Positions 57,941 to 64,000 of a stretch of DNA of 64,000 nt are shown here, piece by piece. Within the stretch, counting starts at the first letter, position 1. Every line of letters starts with the position of its first letter. The stretch is from Winogradskyella sp. (lineage in GTDB: Bacteria; Bacteroidota; Bacteroidia; Flavobacteriales; Flavobacteriaceae): contig NZ_CBFHMI010000004.1 of the NCBI RefSeq assembly GCF_965656915.1, positions 14,125 to 78,124 of the forward strand. The letters are read 5' to 3'. The notes below the pieces were generated by a model. The model was not told the DNA's origin, did not search any database, and worked only from the letters and a program-made list of their open reading frames with translations. Both the position numbers and the translations under genes were made by a program.

Positions 57941-60900
57941 ATGTCAAAACTTACTAGATTATTAAATCTTGTAGTAATCATACTTTTAATACATTCCTGC
58001 GCGACGTTTAAAGTGCAGTATGCAGATGATGATTTTGAGGTACAAACCTTACCAGATAAGCCTTTAGATAATATTTTTTATCTGGTTGGTGACGCTGGTA
58101 AATCGCCAATGAATGGGTATTCAGATGCTCTAATGGCATTTAAAAAACATTTAGAAAAAGAACCAGAGGACAAGTCAAATTATACCATTTACCTTGGTGA
58201 CAATATATATCCAGCAGGATTACCTAAAAAAAATCATAAACAAAGAGAGGAAGCCGAAAACGCATTAAACGCACAAGTCGGTGCAGTTTCAGATTTTAAA
58301 GGAAAAACAATATTTATTCCAGGAAATCATGATTGGTATGCAGATGGTTTAAAGGGAGTCAAACGCCAAGAAAAGTATATTGAAGATGCGTTAGGAAAAA
58401 ACACGTTTCAACCAGAAAATGGTTGTCCTTTAGAAAGTATTGATATCAGTGAGACAGTTCAGCTAATTATAATAGATACACAGTGGTATTTAGAAAATTG
58501 GAATGATAATCCTGGTATTAATGATGAATGCGAGATAAAAACAAGAGAGCGCTTTTTTCTAGAAGTAGAAGGTGAATTAAAAAAAGCTCAGAATAAAACT
58601 ATTGTTTTCGCTATGCATCATCCAATGTATACCAACGGAGTTCATGGAGGGCAATTTGCAGCGACTAAACACTTGTTTCCTGGCCAGAGAAAAATTCCGT
58701 TGCCTGTTTTAGCGACACTGGCAGCGCAATTGAGAACGCAAGGTGGTGTATCTATTCAAGATCGTTATAATGAGCGTTATAATGAGTTAATGAAACGATT
58801 AGAAACTCTAGCTGTTGATAGTGATAAATTGGTTTTTGTTTCAGGTCATGAGCATACTTTACAATATATCGAAGAAGGTAGAATAAAGCAAGTTGTTTCT
58901 GGTTCTGGTGCTAAAGAGTCTTACGCAACTTTAAGCGATAATGGCTTATTTTCATATGGAAAACAAGGTTTTGCAAAGCTTTTAGTCTATAAGGATGGTA
59001 GCTCTTGGGTACAATTTTTTAGTGCGGTCGATGGTGAGCCTAAACCGATTTATCAAAAAGAAGTGATTCCGCCAAATAGCCCAGATTTTGATATATCTGT
59101 CTTACCAGATAGTTTTCCGAACACGGTAGAAGTATCTATTTATTCAAAAGAGGAGACTGATAAAACTGGTTTTTTTGAAGCCGTTTGGGGAGAAAATTAT
59201 AGAGATGTTTACAGTAAGAAAATAACAGCTAAGGTCGCTACTTTAGATACATTATATGGCGGCTTAGAAGTTGTTCGAAAGGGAGGTGGACACCAAACAC
59301 GTTCTTTACGATTAAAGTTAAAAGATGGTAGAGAATTAAATATGCGTGCATTAAGAAAGAGTGCGACCCAATATATACAAACTGTAGTTTTTAAGGACAA
59401 CTATATTGAAAATGAATTTGATGAAACCATTGTTGAAGATTTAATCTTAGATTTTTACACGGCAGCACATCCCTATGCGTTTTTAGCGGTTCCGAAGTTG
59501 TCTGATGCGGCTGAGGTACTACACACAAATCCAGAGTTATTCTATATTCCTAAACACAAACATCTTGGTAAATACAATGATGAATATGGAGGTGAATTAT
59601 ACATGATTGAAGAGCGACCAGAAGATAATTATACAGATGAAAAAAACTTTGGTTACGCTGATGATATAGAAAGCACACATGATATTATTGAAAAAATAAG
59701 AAAGGATGAAGAGTATAAGATTGATGAGGTGGCATATGTAAGAGCACGCTTATTTGATATGTTAATAGGAGATTGGGATAGACATCAGGATCAATGGCGT
59801 TGGGCACAGTTCGACCAGCCCAACGGTGATAAGGTTTATAGAGCTATTCCAAGAGATAGAGACCAGGTCTTTTCAAATTTTGATGGAACGCTTTTAGATA
59901 TAGGAAGGACCATATCAAGTGCTACAAAACAACTTCAGGTCTATGATACGGATTTAGAAGACGTTAGATGGATGAATAATGCAGGACATAAATTGGATAA
60001 AGCATTATTAAAACAAGCCGATAAATCCGTTTGGTTAGAACAAGCAGAATTTTTAAAAAATCAGGTAACCGATGAGGTCATAGAAGCTGCGTTTTCAAAT
60101 CTTCCAAAAGAAATTCTGGATAAAACTATTGAAGATATTAAATCTAAGCTCAAAGGAAGACGTGATAATTTGATAGATATCTCTACAAGATATTCCAATT
60201 ATCTCGATGAATTGGTAATTCTTACAGCTACTGATAAGGATGATTATATAGAAATTACAAGAACTGGCGATCAAGAAACCCGAGTCCAGATCTGGAGAAT
60301 AAAAGGTGGTGAAAAAGCTGATGTCATCGTTGATAGAACATACAATAGAGACATTACAAAAGAAATTTGGGTCTACGGCTTAGATGATAAAGACATATTT
60401 GAGGTCAATGGAAAAGCAAACAACTTAATCTATACCAGACTAATCGGAGGACAAGGTAATGATACATACATAATTAAGAACGGACGTCGAATAAAAGTTT
60501 ACGACCATAAATCGAAAAAGAATACAGTAGAAACTAATAAAGGAGGCCAACTTAAATTCACAGATAACTACACATCCAACCTTTATGATTTCAAAAAATT
60601 TATTACTAAGGCTAGTATTCTTACTCCTAGTATAGGTTTTAATCCTGATGACGGTTTTAAAATAGGTATGGGCTTAGCAATGACAAAGAAAGGTTTTGAA
60701 CGCAACCCATTTTCACAACAACACAAATTTACAGGTGGTTATTATTTCGCAACAGAAGGATTTGACTTAAAATACAATGGACAATTTGCCAACATTTTTG
60801 GTGAATGGAATTTGCATATTGGAGGTGTTTATACAAGTGCAAATTTTACTAATAATTTTTTTGGAATTGGTAATGAAACTGAAAATAATGACGATGACTT

Positions 60901-61657
60901 AGATTTAGACTACAACAGAGTAAAAACCAGTATTCTCGGTTTTGATATTGGTGCTATGAAATCATCGGGTTATGTTAGTGATTATGGTTTTAGAGCTGTT
61001 TTTGAAGGCATTAAATTAGATGATACAGACGATAGATTTATAACCGATTTTGTGCCACAATCTAATGATAAATTTTACGAGCGACGTTTCTTTACTGCTT
61101 TAGAAACAGAATTCAATTATCATAGTGCTGACGATGAGATTGCCACATCTAGAGGTATGGATTTTAATATTGTAGCAGGTGCAAAAACCGAAATTGAAGA
61201 ATTCAATAATATATTTGGTTACGTTAATGCGCACCTAAGATTTTTTAATGCCCTAAGCGTTAATAGAAAATTAGTTCTACAAACAGATTTTAGAACCCAA
61301 TTGCGTTTTGGTGATGATTTCTTATTCTACCAGGGAGCTAATATTGGTGATGGAGGCGCTGGTTTAAGAGGTTATAGAACTGAACGATTTACAGGTAAAA
61401 ATTCTTTTGTGACAAATGCCGACTTACGCTATAGTTTTAGCAGTTTTAAAACAGCTTGGTTTCCTATGCAAATTGGTGTTTTTTCTGGAGTAGATGTAGG
61501 ACGTGTTTGGGTTAAGAATGATTCTTCAGACAAATGGCATAATTCTTATGGTGGTGGTTTTTGGGTAGCTGTAGCAGATGCTGTAGCTGGTACCTTCAAC
61601 TTTTTTACAGGAGAAGATGGCTTGAGATTTTCCTTTGGTTTTGGCTTAAATTTCTAA
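57941..61657 (+). CDS. lipoprotein: metallophosphoesterase + kinase-like domain + Omp85/BamA-type barrel
   Basis: Lipobox IHSC; GDAG, GDNIY, GNHD, HHP, GHEH; KGGGHQT, DWDRHQDQW, DRDQ; LRGY and terminal GLNF. Confidence 0.85.
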   Translation: MSKLTRLLNLVVIILLIHSCATFKVQYADDDFEVQTLPDKPLDNIFYLVGDAGKSPMNGYSDALMAFKKHLEKEPEDKSNYTIYLGDNIYPAGLPKKNHKQREEAENALNAQVGAVSDFKGKTIFIPGNHDWYADGLKGVKRQEKYIEDALGKNTFQPENGCPLESIDISETVQLIIIDTQWYLENWNDNPGINDECEIKTRERFFLEVEGELKKAQNKTIVFAMHHPMYTNGVHGGQFAATKHLFPGQRKIPLPVLATLAAQLRTQGGVSIQDRYNERYNELMKRLETLAVDSDKLVFVSGHEHTLQYIEEGRIKQVVSGSGAKESYATLSDNGLFSYGKQGFAKLLVYKDGSSWVQFFSAVDGEPKPIYQKEVIPPNSPDFDISVLPDSFPNTVEVSIYSKEETDKTGFFEAVWGENYRDVYSKKITAKVATLDTLYGGLEVVRKGGGHQTRSLRLKLKDGRELNMRALRKSATQYIQTVVFKDNYIENEFDETIVEDLILDFYTAAHPYAFLAVPKLSDAAEVLHTNPELFYIPKHKHLGKYNDEYGGELYMIEERPEDNYTDEKNFGYADDIESTHDIIEKIRKDEEYKIDEVAYVRARLFDMLIGDWDRHQDQWRWAQFDQPNGDKVYRAIPRDRDQVFSNFDGTLLDIGRTISSATKQLQVYDTDLEDVRWMNNAGHKLDKALLKQADKSVWLEQAEFLKNQVTDEVIEAAFSNLPKEILDKTIEDIKSKLKGRRDNLIDISTRYSNYLDELVILTATDKDDYIEITRTGDQETRVQIWRIKGGEKADVIVDRTYNRDITKEIWVYGLDDKDIFEVNGKANNLIYTRLIGGQGNDTYIIKNGRRIKVYDHKSKKNTVETNKGGQLKFTDNYTSNLYDFKKFITKASILTPSIGFNPDDGFKIGMGLAMTKKGFERNPFSQQHKFTGGYYFATEGFDLKYNGQFANIFGEWNLHIGGVYTSANFTNNFFGIGNETENNDDDLDLDYNRVKTSILGFDIGAMKSSGYVSDYGFRAVFEGIKLDDTDDRFITDFVPQSNDKFYERRFFTALETEFNYHSADDEIATSRGMDFNIVAGAKTEIEEFNNIFGYVNAHLRFFNALSVNRKLVLQTDFRTQLRFGDDFLFYQGANIGDGGAGLRGYRTERFTGKNSFVTNADLRYSFSSFKTAWFPMQIGVFSGVDVGRVWVKNDSSDKWHNSYGGGFWVAVADAVAGTFNFFTGEDGLRFSFGFGLNF

Positions 61658-62463
61658 TTAATATTGAAGCTATAAATGTTTCCTCCTTCTACACCATTGC
61701 GTTCATCGATGATGTAAACGGTACTGCTATCTTTAAAGCAGATACCCTCTTTTTGTGTATTGTGGTCGAATTTCAGTTCTTCAACGTTTCCAGAAAAGAA
61801 ATCATCTCCTTTAATATCAGAAAGTTTCCATAACTTATCATGATTTAATAACACAACAGTTTTGCCATCATCACTGATATCTGCAGATGTGATCTTATTG
61901 TCTTTTCCGTCCAAGTTAAAGTCAGACCGAATAATAGCCTCATGTCTCCCTATTTTATTAGGAACTTTAAGTATTATGAATTTTTTAGTTTCTTTACTAA
62001 AAATATAAAATGAGTTATTCAATAAAAAGAAGCCTTCAAAATCTTTTGAATCTTGTTTTTTTGGTAAAGTAAATTCAATAATTTCTGCTTTCACACTCGT
62101 TTTATTTAAATCTTCGTTTTTGATCTTTATGATTCTAAAAATTTCACGTTTTTCGTTGTTGTTACCAAAATCACCAATGTATATATTCCCATGATAATCA
62201 GAAGTGAGATCTTCCCAATCAATATTACTAGCATTGGTAATTGCAATATCTCGTACAATTTTTCCTTTTTTATCTAAACCATACAGCTCACTATCATTGC
62301 CAGAATCTTGTATGGTCCATATGAGGTTTGAGTTTGGAATCATTTCTGCAGCTGAAGCCTCTTCTATGCTGTTGTTAATACTTCCTATGAGTTTTAATTG
62401 ACCGATAGATTGACATGAAACTGTTATAAGGATAATAAATATTAGTCTTTTAAGATTTATCAT
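61654..62463 (-). CDS. SdiA-regulated-like beta-propeller exported protein
   Basis: E.S, WT..DSG, DWED, YIGDFGNN, D.EG, ITSAD, Q.EGI repeats. Confidence 0.65.
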   Translation of the reverse strand: MINLKRLIFIILITVSCQSIGQLKLIGSINNSIEEASAAEMIPNSNLIWTIQDSGNDSELYGLDKKGKIVRDIAITNASNIDWEDLTSDYHGNIYIGDFGNNNEKREIFRIIKIKNEDLNKTSVKAEIIEFTLPKKQDSKDFEGFFLLNNSFYIFSKETKKFIILKVPNKIGRHEAIIRSDFNLDGKDNKITSADISDDGKTVVLLNHDKLWKLSDIKGDDFFSGNVEELKFDHNTQKEGICFKDSSTVYIIDERNGVEGGNIYSFNIN

Positions 62464-62549
62464 TGTAGTTTTATTGCATCACTTCAAGATTAATCAATGA
62501 AGCCTTTAATAACAAAGAATTAGTCATAAAATCTTCTTAAATCAAACTC

Positions 62550-63767
62550 TTGCAAAGACAAAAAGATATCATAATAATTGGTGGTGGAGCAGCCGGTTTC
62601 TTTGCTGCAATAAATATTGCTGAAAATCATTCCGAATTATCGGTCGGCATTTTAGAACGTGGTAAAGAAGGGCTTCAAAAAGTGAAAATATCTGGTGGAG
62701 GACGCTGTAATGTGACTCATGCTGAGTTTATTCCTTCAGAATTAGTGCACAATTACCCTAGAGGTGAAAAAGAACTATTAGGCCCCTTTCACACATTTAT
62801 GACAGGTGATACTATTGCATGGTTTGAAGAACGTGGAGTTGAACTTAAAATTGAAGATGATGGTAGAATGTTTCCGGTTACAAACTCTTCGCAAACGATT
62901 ATTGATTGCTTTTTAAATGAAGCTAAAAAGCATAATGTCGATGTTCTATATAACCATTCAGTTAAAGCTATTTCTAGAAGTGAAAATAACTTCTCAATAG
63001 TAACTTCGCAAGGTGACATAGAGTGTCAAAAACTGGTTGTTGCTACAGGAAGCAATCCAAAAATTTGGAATTTGCTCAAGAGTTTGGGTCACACCATTGT
63101 ACAACCTGTGCCATCTCTTTTTACCTTCGATATAAAAGACAAACGTATCAAAGATATTCCTGGCGTTGTAGCTAAAGACGCTGAAGTAAAAGTTGTTGGA
63201 ACGAATTTAATTTCGGAAGGTCCATTATTAATTACGCATGTTGGGATGAGTGCTCCGGCTATTTTAAAGTTGTCCGCTTTTGGTGCAATAAAACTTAATG
63301 AGCTCGATTACAACTTTAAAATTGAAGTAAATTTTATTCGACAAGAATATGATGGGTGTCTTGAAAATCTCAAAAAACATAAACTTATACTAGCTAAAAA
63401 ATTAGTGATAAATTCAGCACAGTTTAATTTGCCAAAACGTCTTTGGAAACAATTAGTCTTAGCTTCAGATATTAATGAGACAGAACGTTGGGCAGATATT
63501 AATAAGCAGCAGTTAGAGGCTTTAACGTTGCAATTAACAAAAGCCGTATTTCATGTTACTGGTAAAAGTACATTTAAAGAAGAATTTGTAACTGCAGGTG
63601 GTGTCGATTTAAAAGAAGTCAACTTTAAAACCTATGAGAGTAAACGTATTCCAAATCTTTATTTCGCAGGCGAAGTGATTAATGTTGATGCAGTTACTGG
63701 TGGATTTAATTTTCAAAATGCTTGGACAGGTGCTTATATTGTATCACAATCAATAGCTAAATTATGA
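62550..63767 (+). CDS. HI0933/YhiN-family flavoprotein
   Basis: IGGGAAG, KVKISGGGRCNVT, GPLLITH.G.S.PA.L, VTAGGV, GGFNFQ.AW. Confidence 0.92.
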   Translation: MQRQKDIIIIGGGAAGFFAAINIAENHSELSVGILERGKEGLQKVKISGGGRCNVTHAEFIPSELVHNYPRGEKELLGPFHTFMTGDTIAWFEERGVELKIEDDGRMFPVTNSSQTIIDCFLNEAKKHNVDVLYNHSVKAISRSENNFSIVTSQGDIECQKLVVATGSNPKIWNLLKSLGHTIVQPVPSLFTFDIKDKRIKDIPGVVAKDAEVKVVGTNLISEGPLLITHVGMSAPAILKLSAFGAIKLNELDYNFKIEVNFIRQEYDGCLENLKKHKLILAKKLVINSAQFNLPKRLWKQLVLASDINETERWADINKQQLEALTLQLTKAVFHVTGKSTFKEEFVTAGGVDLKEVNFKTYESKRIPNLYFAGEVINVDAVTGGFNFQNAWTGAYIVSQSIAKL

Positions 63768-64000
63768 ATACATACATTGCACTTTTGAGAGGTATCAATG
63801 TTGGTGGACATAAAAAAGTACCTATGGCTGATTTAAGAGAATTACTCACTCAAAGCGGTTTTAAAAACGTGAAGACATACATACAGAGTGGTAATATTTG
63901 TCTTCAATCTGATATTTCAGATCAATTGGCAATAGAGCAAAAGATTAATAACGTCATAAAAGACAAATTTGCCTTTGATGTACCCGTCATGGTAAGAACG
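63764..64000 (+). CDS. DUF1697 protein (3'-partial)
   Basis: MNTYIALLRGINVGGHKKVPMADL...GF.NVKTYIQSGN; ATGA overlap with the previous stop. Confidence 0.88.
   Translation, partial: MNTYIALLRGINVGGHKKVPMADLRELLTQSGFKNVKTYIQSGNICLQSDISDQLAIEQKINNVIKDKFAFDVPVMVRT

Noticed and set aside
573-63019. Short ORF-track entries antisense to or nested in long genes (e.g. 573-758, 2140-2349, 12823-13032, 31564-31890, 41800-42075, 55738-56007, 62789-63019)
   Set aside because: They overlap well-supported genes and show no recognisable motifs; treated as shadow frames
1-64000. CRISPR array, IS element or rRNA
   Set aside because: No regularly spaced repeats, transposase motifs or rRNA-like sequence seen

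Overview
AT-rich marine Flavobacteriaceae-type (Winogradskyella-like) chromosomal segment; no integrase, transposase, prophage or CRISPR array was found. In order: small housekeeping genes and a decayed DUF1272 gene; a BlaI/BlaR1-like (M56) pair with its operator; two peptidases; tRNA-Leu(TAG) followed by two apparently truncated convergent genes; a beta-galactan/galactose cluster (GH2, GH53, GntR, epimerase, SSS, galK, galT); a large alpha-glucan PUL (susCD, SusE-like, LacI, MFS, pgmB, GH65, five GH13, GH31, GH97, esterase); a frameshifted surface-protein gene; a GAF protein broken by one TAA; an HD-PycTM membrane protein; a selO-DUF427-hydrolase/OsmC-egtB-egtD operon; and a phosphatase/kinase-like/Omp85 lipoprotein. 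Best candidates for something new: (1) the GAF protein appears to carry a divergent class III nucleotidyl-cyclase fold and sits tail-to-tail with an HD-phosphohydrolase/PycTM fusion, suggesting a Pycsar-derived cyclic-nucleotide signalling circuit, possibly linked to the nearby Omp85 fusion; (2) the leaders of the two divergent PUL arms share an exact 16-mer placed in mutually complementary hairpin loops, suggesting an RNA-RNA kissing interaction. All family calls come from motif recognition by eye; no database search was run.
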